Below are positions 36,790 to 46,275 of a DNA stretch of 64,000 nt, piece after piece. The notes under the pieces were generated by a model that was not told the DNA's origin, ran no database searches, and was given only the letters and a program-made list of their open reading frames with translations. Origin of the DNA: an uncultured Thermoleophilia bacterium (GTDB lineage: Bacteria; Actinomycetota; Thermoleophilia; Miltoncostaeales; Miltoncostaeaceae). Where the stretch lies: NCBI GenBank assembly GCA_963736635.1, contig CAVTPK010000011.1, positions 1,698,011 through 1,762,010 on the forward strand. The letters are read 5' to 3'. The position numbers and the translations under genes are program-made. Within the stretch, counting starts at the first letter, position 1. Each line of letters begins with the position of its first letter.

Positions 36790-38250
36790 ATGAACGGCGC
36801 ATCCTTCGACTACGACCTGATCGCGATCGGGTCGGGGCCCGGTGGCCAGCGCGCCGCCATCCAGGCGGCGAAGCTCGGCAAGCGGGTCGCGGTCATCGAG
36901 CGCACGACCGGCGTCGGCGGCGTCTGCGTGCGCACCGGGACGATCCCGTCCAAGACGCTGCGCGAGGCGGCGATGGCGCTCACCGGGTATCGCGACCGGG
37001 GCTTCTACGGCTCCTCGTACTCGGCCAAGCAGCACATCGGCATGGACGACCTGATCTTCCGGGCCGACCAGGTGGTGCGCAACGAGACCGACGTGGTGCG
37101 CCACCAGCTGCTGCGCAACGACATCGACATCTACAACGGCCACGGCGCGTTCCTGGATCCCCACACCATCGAGATCGACGACCCCGAGGGCCACGGGCGC
37201 CAGACGATCAGCGGCGCCAACGTGGTGCTGGCCACCGGGACGACGGCCACGCGCGACGAGAGCGTCGAGTTCGACGGCCGGCGCATCCTGACCAGCGACG
37301 ACGCCGTGAGCCTGGACCGCCTGCCGCGCACGCTGGTCGTGATCGGCGCCGGCGTGATCGGCCTCGAGTACGCCAGCATGTTCGCCGCCCTCGGCGTGCG
37401 GGTGACGCTGGTCGACAAGCGCCCGCGGCTGCTGTCCTACATGGACGCCGAGATCATGGACGCGCTGGCCTTCCACATGCGCCGCAGCCGCATGACGCTC
37501 TGGCTGGGCGAGGAGGTGAGCGGGGTCGAGCTCGACGACGGGCCCGACGGGATGGTCCGCGTCCACCTCGCGAGCGGCAAGCACATCGTGGCCGAGAAGG
37601 CCTTCTACTCGATCGGCCGCACCGGGGCCACGGCGAGCCTCAACCTGCCCGCCGCCGGCCTGGAGGCCGACGACCGCGGACGCCTGACGGTGGACGAGCA
37701 CTACCGCACCGCCGTCCCCCACATCTACGCGGTGGGCGACGTGATCGGCTTCCCCAGCCTGGCGTCGACCTCCCTCGAGCAGGGCCGCCTGGCCGCCTGC
37801 CACGCGTTCGGGATCGCCGCCCGCAGCGTGCCCTCGCTGGTGCCCTACGCGATCTACACGATCCCCGAGATCTCGACGGTGGGGCGCAACGAGGAGGACC
37901 TGACCCGCGACGGCGTGCCGTACGAGGTCGGCAAGGCCCAGTACAACGAGATCGCGCGCGGCCAGATCATCGGCGACCGCACCGGCCTGCTCAAGCTGAT
38001 CTTCCACTGGGACACCCACGAGCTGCTGGGCGTCCACATCATCGGCGAGGGCGCGAGCGAGCTGATCCACATCGGCCAGGCGGTGATGACCTACGGGGGC
38101 TCGGTGGAGCACTTCGTGGACGCGGTCTTCAACTACCCGACGCTGGCCGAGTGCTACAAGACGGCCGCCCTCGACGGCCTCAACCGGCTGGACTCCTGGC
38201 AGACCGCGGTCCCGCGGCCCTCCCTGAGGGTCGTCTCCCAGACCGAGTAG
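36790..38250 (+). CDS. sthA: Soluble pyridine nucleotide transhydrogenase
   Basis: GSGPGG, GGVCVRTGTIPSKTLRE (CxxxxT), GDVIGFPSLAS, FNYPTLAE.YK.AA. Confidence 0.92.
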   Translation: MNGASFDYDLIAIGSGPGGQRAAIQAAKLGKRVAVIERTTGVGGVCVRTGTIPSKTLREAAMALTGYRDRGFYGSSYSAKQHIGMDDLIFRADQVVRNETDVVRHQLLRNDIDIYNGHGAFLDPHTIEIDDPEGHGRQTISGANVVLATGTTATRDESVEFDGRRILTSDDAVSLDRLPRTLVVIGAGVIGLEYASMFAALGVRVTLVDKRPRLLSYMDAEIMDALAFHMRRSRMTLWLGEEVSGVELDDGPDGMVRVHLASGKHIVAEKAFYSIGRTGATASLNLPAAGLEADDRGRLTVDEHYRTAVPHIYAVGDVIGFPSLASTSLEQGRLAACHAFGIAARSVPSLVPYAIYTIPEISTVGRNEEDLTRDGVPYEVGKAQYNEIARGQIIGDRTGLLKLIFHWDTHELLGVHIIGEGASELIHIGQAVMTYGGSVEHFVDAVFNYPTLAECYKTAALDGLNRLDSWQTAVPRPSLRVVSQTE

Positions 38251-38259
38251 CGCCCGGGG

Positions 38260-39141
38260 TCAGCCCCCGGCGGCGATCCGCGCCGCGGCGGCCATCGGGG
38301 CGTCCTGCAGCAGGCGGGATCCGGTCGCGTGCGCCATCTCGGCCGACGAGGCCCGGCCCGCCAGCGCCACCGGGAACTCGGCGGCCAGCATCGCGATCGC
38401 GTCCAGGGCGGCGCGCAGCGGCGCCTCCTGCTCGGCGCACACCACCACCAGCGCGGGCTGCAGCTGGACCGCCGCCCCGTGGAGGGCCTCGATCGGCGTG
38501 TCGGCGCCGAGGAAGGTGACGCGCCAGCCGCGCTCGCGGAGCCCGATGCCGAAGCACAGGAGGCCCAGGTCGTGGCGGTCGCCGGAGGGGCAGGCGAGCA
38601 GGGCGCGCGGGCCCACGCCCACGTCGAAGCCGCGCGCCAGCCCGAGCAGGCGCCCGCGCAGGACCGCGCTCGCGAAGTGCTCCTGGGCCACGCTCACCTC
38701 GCCGGTCTCCCAGCGCTCGCCCAGCTCGCGCAGGCAGGGCAGCACGACGTCGCGCAGGACCGCCTCGGTGCTGAACTCGGCGAGGGCCTTGTCCAGCACC
38801 CCCTGCGCCTCGACGTCCTGGAAGCCCTCCAGGCGCTCCATCAGCTCGATCTGCGCGGCGTGGAGCGCGTTCTCGGGATCCGGCCGGTCGGGCCGCGCGG
38901 GCGTGCGCAGGGCCATGCGGGCCGCGATGGCCGCCGTGTAGCCGAGGGCGAGGTTCTGCCGCATCACGCCCACCCGCTCGTCGTCCCGCGGCGTGTACAG
39001 GCGGAATCCGCCCTCGGTGCGCTCGGGGTGCAGGAGGCCGTAGCGGCGCTCCCACACCCGCAGCAGGTCCGGGCTCACGCCGTGGCGGCGGCTGAGCTCG
39101 CCGATCCGCATGAGCCCGGCCGGGGTGTCTGTCGTCGCCAT
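38260..39141 (-). CDS. MerR-family B12-binding photoreceptor (CarH/LitR-like)
   Basis: LRVWERRYGLL HTH, W-x9-EH (WETGEVSVAQEH), DRHDLG B12 motif, FLGADTP. Confidence 0.88.
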   Translation of the reverse strand: MATTDTPAGLMRIGELSRRHGVSPDLLRVWERRYGLLHPERTEGGFRLYTPRDDERVGVMRQNLALGYTAAIAARMALRTPARPDRPDPENALHAAQIELMERLEGFQDVEAQGVLDKALAEFSTEAVLRDVVLPCLRELGERWETGEVSVAQEHFASAVLRGRLLGLARGFDVGVGPRALLACPSGDRHDLGLLCFGIGLRERGWRVTFLGADTPIEALHGAAVQLQPALVVVCAEQEAPLRAALDAIAMLAAEFPVALAGRASSAEMAHATGSRLLQDAPMAAAARIAAGG

Positions 39142-39147
39142 GCGCCC

Positions 39148-39268
39148 ATTGTGCACATAATCTGAACAGATTGTCCAGAGTTGGCGGCCGGACACCATCG
39201 GAGGTGCCCTGCCAAGCGCGATCCAGGGCGAACTCACTCTCGACAGAACCTTGACACATCGTGCACGC
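39148..39268. promoter_or_regulatory. Two CarH-type operators, each three tandem 11-bp repeats
   Basis: attgTgcACAt/aatcTgaACAg/attgTccAgAg at 39148-39180; actcTcgACAg/aaccTtgACAc/atcgTgcACgc at 39236-39268, includes TTGACA. Confidence 0.7.
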
Positions 39269-39286
39269 GGTGGTTTCCTGCTGGAC

Positions 39287-39754
39287 ATGGCCGAGCCGGT
39301 CCCCACCGCCCTCCCCGCCTCCGCGCCGAGTCGTGCGGTCGCCATCAGGCGGTACACGCGAGCGCTGTGGAAGGCGCTGGTCCCCTCGCTGGTGCCGGAC
39401 CCCCGCCGGCCCGGGTGGTCCGAGCGCTACCTGCTCCAGGTCTGCGACTCGGGCATCTCGCGCGTCGCCGCCGACCCCCACTCGGAGCCCATGGTCGCCC
39501 GCTCGCTGTTCGCGGCCGCCCGCTCGCTGATCAGCGCCCAGGACCAGCTGCGCGCGTCGCTGGTCATCGACGCGCACGTCTCGCGGGCGCGCGCCTTCTT
39601 CGAGGCCGAGCGCGGCGCGTCGGGGATCCCCGGCTCCACCCCGCGCTGCGCCGCCCTCAACCGCAAGGGCAAGCCCTGCGCGCGCGAGCCCATCTGGGGG
39701 ACGCCCTTCTGCGTGTCGCACACCCCGCGACCGGACCCGGAGGGCGTGGTCTAG
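39287..39754 (+). CDS. Hypothetical protein with C-terminal Cys3His motif
   Basis: CAALNRKGKPCAREPIWGTPFCVSH. Confidence 0.65.
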   Translation: MAEPVPTALPASAPSRAVAIRRYTRALWKALVPSLVPDPRRPGWSERYLLQVCDSGISRVAADPHSEPMVARSLFAAARSLISAQDQLRASLVIDAHVSRARAFFEAERGASGIPGSTPRCAALNRKGKPCAREPIWGTPFCVSHTPRPDPEGVV

Positions 39755-39764
39755 GCTGACGGGC

Positions 39765-40292
39765 GTGGAGACGCACCTCGCCCTGGCCAGCAAGCGCGAC
39801 GTGCGCGCGTACGACGGGGCGCCGGTCCCCGAGGACGTGGCGCTGCGCATCCTGGACGCCGGCCGCCTGTCCGGCAGCGCGCGCAACCGCCAGCCCACCC
39901 GCTTCGTGGTGGTCGAGGGCGACGCCCTGCCGGCCGTGGCGCGCGCCGTCTACGTGAGCCGCAACATCATCACGGCGGGCCTGGTGGTGGTGATCGTCGT
40001 GAGCCCCGGCGGCAACCTGGTCGACTTCGACGCCGGGCGCGCCGCCCAGAGCATGATGCTGAGCGCCTGGGCGGACGGGATCGCGTCGTGCCCCAACGGC
40101 ATCGCCGACGCCCCGGGCCTGGAGCGGGCCCTCGGCATCGCCCCGCCCGAGCGGGCGGCCGTGGTGCTGTCGTTCGGCGCGCCGGCCGTCCCGCGCGACC
40201 CGGCGCGGCGCAGCGCCGAGCAGTGGAGCGCCCGCGCCCGGCGGCTGCCGCTGGAGGACGTGGTCCGGCGGGTGGGCGCGGTGGCGCCGTGA
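39765..40292 (+). CDS. Nitroreductase family protein
   Basis: KRDVRAY, SGSARNRQP, FDAGRAAQSMML. Confidence 0.85.
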   Translation: METHLALASKRDVRAYDGAPVPEDVALRILDAGRLSGSARNRQPTRFVVVEGDALPAVARAVYVSRNIITAGLVVVIVVSPGGNLVDFDAGRAAQSMMLSAWADGIASCPNGIADAPGLERALGIAPPERAAVVLSFGAPAVPRDPARRSAEQWSARARRLPLEDVVRRVGAVAP

Positions 40293-41020
40293 GGCTCGCG
40301 CGCAGCGGGCGCCTCGGCGCGCGCGGCCCGGGCGAGGCCGCGATCGGGCACGCCGACGCGAGCCTGCTGACCCGTCCCGAGAGCTCGGACTTCCTCCACA
40401 GCGAGCCCTGGCGGGCCCTGCGCATCCTCGGCGAGTTCGTCGACGGCTTCGACGCCCTCGCGCGCGTCGGACCCGCGGTCTCGATCTTCGGCTCGGCGCG
40501 CACGCCGGCCGAGGCCCCGACCTACGAGCTGGCGCGCGAGGTCGGGGGGCTGCTCGTGGAGCGGGGGTTCGCCGTCATCACCGGCGGCGGTCCCGGGATC
40601 ATGGAGGCGGCCAACCGCGGGGCCAGCGAGGCCGGCGGCATGTCCATCGGGTGCACGATCGAGCTGCCGCACGAGCAGGCGGTGAACGAGTTCGTCAACC
40701 TCGCGATCGCGTTCCGCTACTTCTTCGTGCGCAAGACGATGTTCGTCAAGTACTCCGAGGCCTACATCGTGTTCCCGGGCGGCTTCGGCACGCTGGACGA
40801 GCTCTTCGAGTCGCTCACCCTGATCCAGACCGGCAAGGCGCTCAGCTTCCCCGTCGTGCTGTGCGGCAGCTCGTACTGGGCCGGCCTGGTGCGCTGGATC
40901 CAGGCGCGCCTCCTGGAGGAGGGCCTGATCAGCCGCGGCGACATGGACCTGATCCAGATCTCCGACTCGGCCGACGAGATCGTGGATCTCGCCGTCGGCC
41001 CCGCGACCGCGGGCACATGA
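40289..41020 (+). CDS. LOG family (TIGR00730) phosphoribohydrolase
   Basis: FGSART, TGGGPGIMEAANRG, FFVRK, PGGFGTLDE. Confidence 0.92.
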   Translation: MRLARSGRLGARGPGEAAIGHADASLLTRPESSDFLHSEPWRALRILGEFVDGFDALARVGPAVSIFGSARTPAEAPTYELAREVGGLLVERGFAVITGGGPGIMEAANRGASEAGGMSIGCTIELPHEQAVNEFVNLAIAFRYFFVRKTMFVKYSEAYIVFPGGFGTLDELFESLTLIQTGKALSFPVVLCGSSYWAGLVRWIQARLLEEGLISRGDMDLIQISDSADEIVDLAVGPATAGT

Positions 41021-41838
41021 GCTCGCGCGCCGCCCGCGTCTTCGCCGGCGCCGCGGCGGCGCGCCGCGAGCGGCTGGAGCGCGAGCGGACGGCGGCGCAG
41101 CTGCGGCGCCAGCGGGAGCTGGAGCGCGAGGTCGCGGAGCAGCTCGAGCCCCTGCTGGGGCCCGCCGGCCGGCCCGTGGGCGACACCGCGATGGCCCTGT
41201 GGCGCCGCCGCCAGGTGGACGACTACCTCGCGCTGGCCCCGTGGCGGCGCGCGTGGCGCACGTGGGCGTCGTGGGACCGCCTGCGCCGCGGGCTCGCCGT
41301 GCTCGTGGCCGCGCTGGCCTGGACCCTGGTCTGCCTGCCGCTGCGGATGCTGGGGGTGGCCGGCCTGGAGGTCTCGCAGGCCGGCGTCGCGGCCGCGCTG
41401 GTGGCCGCTCCGGTCGTGGCGGTGCTCCCCCCCGCGCGCCGCGGGCGCTTCGTCGATCCGCTGCCGCACGGCGGGCCCCCCTGGCGCCGGTCGCGGCGCG
41501 CGGTGCGCCTGGCCCGCGCCGGGGCGGCGGCGGCCGTGCTGGGCGTGGTCGCGCTCGCGCTGCTGGCGCTGCTCGGTCCCGGCCCGGCCGACGCCCCGGA
41601 CGCCCGCATCACCGCGGCGGCCCGCGCCGCCGACGCCCTGCTCGTGCGCCACGCCGTCGCCGCCGCGTGCGGCCCGGGCGCCGCGGTGCACCTGACGCCG
41701 CTCGACGCCGACCGGTACCGCCTGAGCACCGGCGCGGGCGCGGTGAGCACCATCGCGGTCAGCCGCGACACCGGCTTCGCCGCGGGCGCGCGCCACGTCA
41801 CCCCGGTCGGCGGGCCCATCGCCTGCCCCGCCCCGTGA
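41017..41838 (+). CDS. Hypothetical membrane protein
   Basis: ATGA overlap; TM segments. Confidence 0.55.
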   Translation: MSSRAARVFAGAAAARRERLERERTAAQLRRQRELEREVAEQLEPLLGPAGRPVGDTAMALWRRRQVDDYLALAPWRRAWRTWASWDRLRRGLAVLVAALAWTLVCLPLRMLGVAGLEVSQAGVAAALVAAPVVAVLPPARRGRFVDPLPHGGPPWRRSRRAVRLARAGAAAAVLGVVALALLALLGPGPADAPDARITAAARAADALLVRHAVAAACGPGAAVHLTPLDADRYRLSTGAGAVSTIAVSRDTGFAAGARHVTPVGGPIACPAP

Positions 41839-42317
41839 GCGGAGCCGCCCGGGCCTGGCACGTCGGGAGCTGGTCGGCCCTCGCGTGGGCCGAGACGGCG
41901 CTCAAGACGCTCGGCATCGGCGTCGGCGTGGCCGCGCTGCTCACGGCGCTCGACGCGCCGGCGGACGGGGCCGGCGGCGCGCGTCTGGTGGCGGTCGTGA
42001 TCCTGGTCGTGCTCTCGCTGGGCCTGGTCGCCGCCATCTTCGATCGCGTGGCCGACCGTGAGGTGGTGGGCGTCGTGTTCATCCTGGCGATGAACGTGGG
42101 GCACTGGTGCATGACCGTCGCGCTCGCACGCGACGACGTGGCGGGCTTCCTCGTGGCCTTCGCGGCGCTGATGCTGGCCGGCGACCTGGTGAAGCTCGCC
42201 TTCCTCGCCCGCACCGGCTTCACCGTGCGGACGGTGCCCCGCGGCGTGGTCTACGGCCTGACCGCGTCCTACGCCGTGGGGTACGCGGTGCTCATCCTGC
42301 TGGCCGCCGCGATCTGA
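41835..42317 (+). CDS. Hypothetical membrane protein
   Basis: GTGA overlap; about five TM helices. Confidence 0.65.
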   Translation: MSGAARAWHVGSWSALAWAETALKTLGIGVGVAALLTALDAPADGAGGARLVAVVILVVLSLGLVAAIFDRVADREVVGVVFILAMNVGHWCMTVALARDDVAGFLVAFAALMLAGDLVKLAFLARTGFTVRTVPRGVVYGLTASYAVGYAVLILLAAAI

Positions 42318-42951
42318 CGCGTTCGGCCCGCGCGGCGAACGATTCGCGCCAGCCCTCCGCGAGCGCCGGCACCGCCGCCGCGCGCTCGAGGGCGTCCGCG
42401 TCGGCCCCGTCCGACAGCAGGGCGGTGGCGGCCCGGATGCTCAGGCCGCCCTCGCCCCGCCGCTCGCGGACGATCGCGTCCCCGGCGCCGAGCTCGCCCT
42501 GCTCGAGCACCCGCAGGTAGAAGCCCACGCGTCCGCTGCGCAGGAACGGCCGGGCGAAGGCGGGGTCGTCCATCCGGGCGGCCAGCTTGAAGCAGGGCAC
42601 GCGGGGCTGGCTCACCTCGAGCAGGGCCGAGCCGATGCGCAGGACGTCGCCCACCAGGACGTCGTCCTCGAGCAGGCCCTCGGTGGTCAGGTTCTCGCCG
42701 AACCGGCCGGGGGAGAGGTCGTCGCGCCCGAGCGCGGCCGTCCAGTGGGCGTAGTGCTCGAGCGGGTAGGCGTACACGGCCTTGTCGACCCCGCCGTGCA
42801 CCGTCAGGTCGGCCTGACCGTCGCCGTCGAGGTTGGTGGCTCCGACGGCCACGCGCCCCGGGACCGGCTCCTTGACGATCCCCGACGGCACCGTGCCGTC
42901 GCCGACCGCCAGCGGGCGGGGCCGTCCCACGTTGACCGAGCGGACCACCAT
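42292..42951 (-). CDS. MOSC domain protein (YiiM-like)
   Basis: GDGQAD..VHGG.DKAV, FGENLT, SQPR.PCFKL, G.Y.RVL. Confidence 0.92.
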   Translation of the reverse strand: MVVRSVNVGRPRPLAVGDGTVPSGIVKEPVPGRVAVGATNLDGDGQADLTVHGGVDKAVYAYPLEHYAHWTAALGRDDLSPGRFGENLTTEGLLEDDVLVGDVLRIGSALLEVSQPRVPCFKLAARMDDPAFARPFLRSGRVGFYLRVLEQGELGAGDAIVRERRGEGGLSIRAATALLSDGADADALERAAAVPALAEGWRESFAARAERVRSRRPAG

Positions 42952-42986
42952 GCGCCCACGCTATCCGCCCCGGCTACTGTCCGCCC

Positions 42987-43449
42987 ATGACCCGCGTCTT
43001 CCCCCGCGACGAGCACTTCATGCGGATGGCCCTCGGCGAGGCGGCCCGGGCCTCCGAGCACGGGGACGTCCCGGTGGGCTGCGTCGTGGTCCGCGACGGC
43101 GAGGTGGTGGGCGCCGCCCACAACGAGCGCGAGCTGCGCGCCGACCCCACCGCCCACGCCGAGATCCTGGCGCTGCGCGCCGCGGCGGTCGCGCTGGGGG
43201 GCTGGCGCCTGCTGGGGACCGTCGTCTACTGCACCCTCGAGCCCTGTCCCATGTGCGCCGGCGCGATCCAGCAGGCCCGGGTGGCGCGGGTGGTCTACGG
43301 GGCGCCCGACCAGAAGGTCGGGCGCCGCGGGCTCGGTGATCAACCCGCTCCAGGACCCGCGCCTGCTGCACCGGGTCGAGGTGCAGGGGGGCGTGCTCGC
43401 GCAGGACGCGCTCGGCCTGCTGAGGGCCTTCTTCGACGACCGCCGCTGA
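42987..43449 (+). CDS. tadA: tRNA adenosine(34) deaminase (frameshift near 43318)
   Basis: DVPVG, DPTAHAE, TLEPCPMCAGA; C-terminus GSVINPL..LHRVEV.GGV in shifted frame. Confidence 0.9.
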
Positions 43450-43560
43450 GGCGCGTCCCTCACGAAAACCACGCATTTCGCCTCACCCCTTGCATACGAG
43501 TGGCGTCGGGGTTCGTTGGTACCATGCCGCCCGCACGCGCCCAGAGCTGAGGAGATACAG

Positions 43561-44725
43561 GTGACACGAAAGGCCATCACGCCCCGGCGCACGCTGACCG
43601 GGCTGGCGATCGCAGGCGCCGCCGCCGCGGCCCTCGCAGTGCCGTCCACCGGGGTGGGGGCCGTCGCGGCCCTTCAGGACGACGTCCTCGCCATCGCCCC
43701 GCTCAACGACATCCCGACGCGCGTCGAGATGGTCAAGCAGACCAAGGCGAAGGTGACGCGGGTCGACATCCTGTGGAACTTCGTGGCCCCGACGCGGCCC
43801 GCGAACCCGACCGACCCCAACGACCCGGCCTACAACTGGAGCCGGCTCGACCTGATCTTCACGTCGCTCACCGCGTCCAACATCCGCATCATCGTGAGCA
43901 CGTACAGCACGCCCAACTGGGCGGTCGCCGGGAAGAACCAGAAGGTCCCCTCGCAGTACAACCCCAACGCCCCGCGCCCGGCGGACTACGCCAACTTCAT
44001 GGCCGCCGTCACCAAGCGCTACAGCGGGACGTTCGTGCCGGCCGGCTCGGCCGTGCCCCTGCCGCGGATCCGCCACTGGGAGATCTGGAACGAGCCGAAC
44101 ATCGTCCAGTTCTTCCGCTTCAACGGCAAGAGCTCGCTGCCCAAGTACAAGGCGCTGATCAAGGCCGCCTATCCCAAGATCAAGGCCTCCAACCCGAAGG
44201 CCGTGGTCATCGCCGGCGTCGCCGGCCCGCGCAGCAGCACCGGCGGCGGCAACATCGGCTCGCGCAACTGGATGAACAGCATCCTGGGCGACAAGAGCCT
44301 CAAGTTCGACGCCTACTCGCAGCACATCTATCCGTCGAAGGGCCCGACGTTCACGTCGAAGTCCTACGCCAAGGCGTTCCCCACCTGGTCCAGCCTGCCC
44401 GAGATCTACGCGGCGCTCGAACAAGCGCAAGAAGGGCATGAAGCTCTACGTCACCGAGGCCGGCTACACGACGGCCAAGACCCCGTTCCGCAACGTGAAG
44501 GTCACGTTCGCCCAGCAGAAGCAGTACCTCAACCAGATCTTCGCGCTGCCCACGGTCAAGAACCCGCAGCTGGCCACCGTGGTCTGGTTCAACCTGCAGG
44601 ACAACGCGTTCTGGCCCGGCGGCCTGCTGACCGCCAAGGGCGCGAAGAAGCCCAGCTACGCGGCCTTCGTCGCGCAGGCGCGCAAGCCGATCCCGGCCGC
44701 GCTGCGCTCGACCTTCGCCCGCTAG
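43561..44725 (+). CDS. Secreted clan GH-A glycoside hydrolase (GH5/GH39-like; frameshift near 44420)
   Basis: Signal peptide; WEIWNEPN acid/base; YVTEAGY nucleophile. Confidence 0.8.
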
Positions 44726-44778
44726 CCCCGCCGCCCGGAAGCGCCCGCAGGTCGCGGGCGCTTCCGGCGACGGCCCCC

Positions 44779-46275
44779 TCACCGCACCGGGATGCTCTGG
44801 CGGAAGCGGAACAGGTCGTCCGGGTCGACGGTCGACTTCACGTCGATCAGCCGGCTCAGGTTGGTGCCGTAGTAGGCCTTCTGCCAGGTGGCGAGCTCGG
44901 GGTCGATGTAGTTCTGGTACGAGTAGCCCGAGACGTAGGGCTGCGTGGAGCGCACCGCCCCCCGGATCCAGGTGAGTCCGGCCGACGCCGCCCCGGGCGT
45001 CTCCCAGTAGGCGGCGTACTGCAGCGAGAAGAGCGCGTTGCGGTGCACGAACGCGGTGGCGCCCGGCGCGACCTCGTTGATCACCCCGCCGTAGGAGTCC
45101 ATCTCGATGGCGCCCGATCCGAGCGACGACTGGCGCTGGCGCTGCTCGATGGTCGCGATCATGGCCCGGATGCCGGCGCCCGAGATCGGCTTCAGGGCGT
45201 AGCGGGACTTGGCGGCGAAGAGCTGGTGCGGGGGCGTGCGGCACGCCGCCGCCGACTCGCCCAGGCACCCCGCCCACCGCTGCATCAGCGAGAGGTAGGG
45301 GGCGGTGCCCACCTGGATGCTCGCCGGCGAGACGGCCGAGGTGAGCCCGCGCGCCAGCGTCCGGCGCAGCGCGGTCGCCGACCCCATGTACTGCCCGAAC
45401 ACGTTGAGCACCGGCGTGTTCCCGGTGCTGGTGCCCAGCGAGCAGATCGAGAACAGCTCGGGCGGGGCGTTGGGCGCCCAGCGCTGCCAGGCCGCGATCA
45501 CGTCGGCCGCGTCGCTCCAGCTGAAGTTGGCGAAGAAGTACGACGCCGAGTCGACCCGGTGGGTGGTGAAGGTGAAGCCGGTCGCGATGCCGAAGTTGCC
45601 GCCCCCGCCGCCCCGGCAGGCCCAGTAGAGGTCCGGGTTGGTGCGGGCGTCGCAGACGCGCACCTGGCCGTCGGCGGTCACCACGGTGAGCCCGACGACG
45701 TTGTCGCTGGTGGTCCCGAGGGCACGGGAGGCCAGGCCCACGCCGCCGCCCAGGGCGAGCCCCCCGACGCCGACCGTGGGGCACGACCCCGCGGGGATGG
45801 TGAGGCCGCGGTTGGCGAGGGCGGTGTAGACGTCGATCAGGCGGTTGCCGGCCCCGATCTGGACCGTGCGCCGGTCGCTCGACACGCGGATCCCGTCGAG
45901 CGCGGACAGGTCCACCACCAGGCCGCCGTTGAGGGTGGAGTAGCCGGCGTAGCTGTGGCCGCCCGAGCGCGCCGTGATCTGCACGCCGTTGCGGGCGCAC
46001 CAGAGCACGGCCTGGCGCACGTCCTGGGCGTTGCGGGCCTGGAGCACCGCCAGCGGGCGCTTGCCCGAGAAGCGCGCGTTGACCACCTGCTGGGCGGCGT
46101 TGTAGCCGGCGCTGCCCGGCGTGATCAGCCGGCCCTGGGTCACCCGCGCGAGCGCGGCCAGCGAGGGCTTGCGCGCGGTGAGGCGCGGCGGCCCGGCCGC
46201 CGCCGCGGTCCCGCCCGCGCCGGCCACGAGGGCCGCGCCGATGCCGGCCCTCTTGAGGAATGTCGCCCTGTTCAC
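44779..46275 (-). CDS. FAD-binding oxidase, berberine-bridge/VAO family, Tat-like signal
   Basis: RSGGHS, GSCPTVGVGG, LYWACRGGGGGNFG, YQNYID, YYG.N..RL..VK. Confidence 0.9.
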   Translation of the reverse strand: MNRATFLKRAGIGAALVAGAGGTAAAAGPPRLTARKPSLAALARVTQGRLITPGSAGYNAAQQVVNARFSGKRPLAVLQARNAQDVRQAVLWCARNGVQITARSGGHSYAGYSTLNGGLVVDLSALDGIRVSSDRRTVQIGAGNRLIDVYTALANRGLTIPAGSCPTVGVGGLALGGGVGLASRALGTTSDNVVGLTVVTADGQVRVCDARTNPDLYWACRGGGGGNFGIATGFTFTTHRVDSASYFFANFSWSDAADVIAAWQRWAPNAPPELFSICSLGTSTGNTPVLNVFGQYMGSATALRRTLARGLTSAVSPASIQVGTAPYLSLMQRWAGCLGESAAACRTPPHQLFAAKSRYALKPISGAGIRAMIATIEQRQRQSSLGSGAIEMDSYGGVINEVAPGATAFVHRNALFSLQYAAYWETPGAASAGLTWIRGAVRSTQPYVSGYSYQNYIDPELATWQKAYYGTNLSRLIDVKSTVDPDDLFRFRQSIPVR

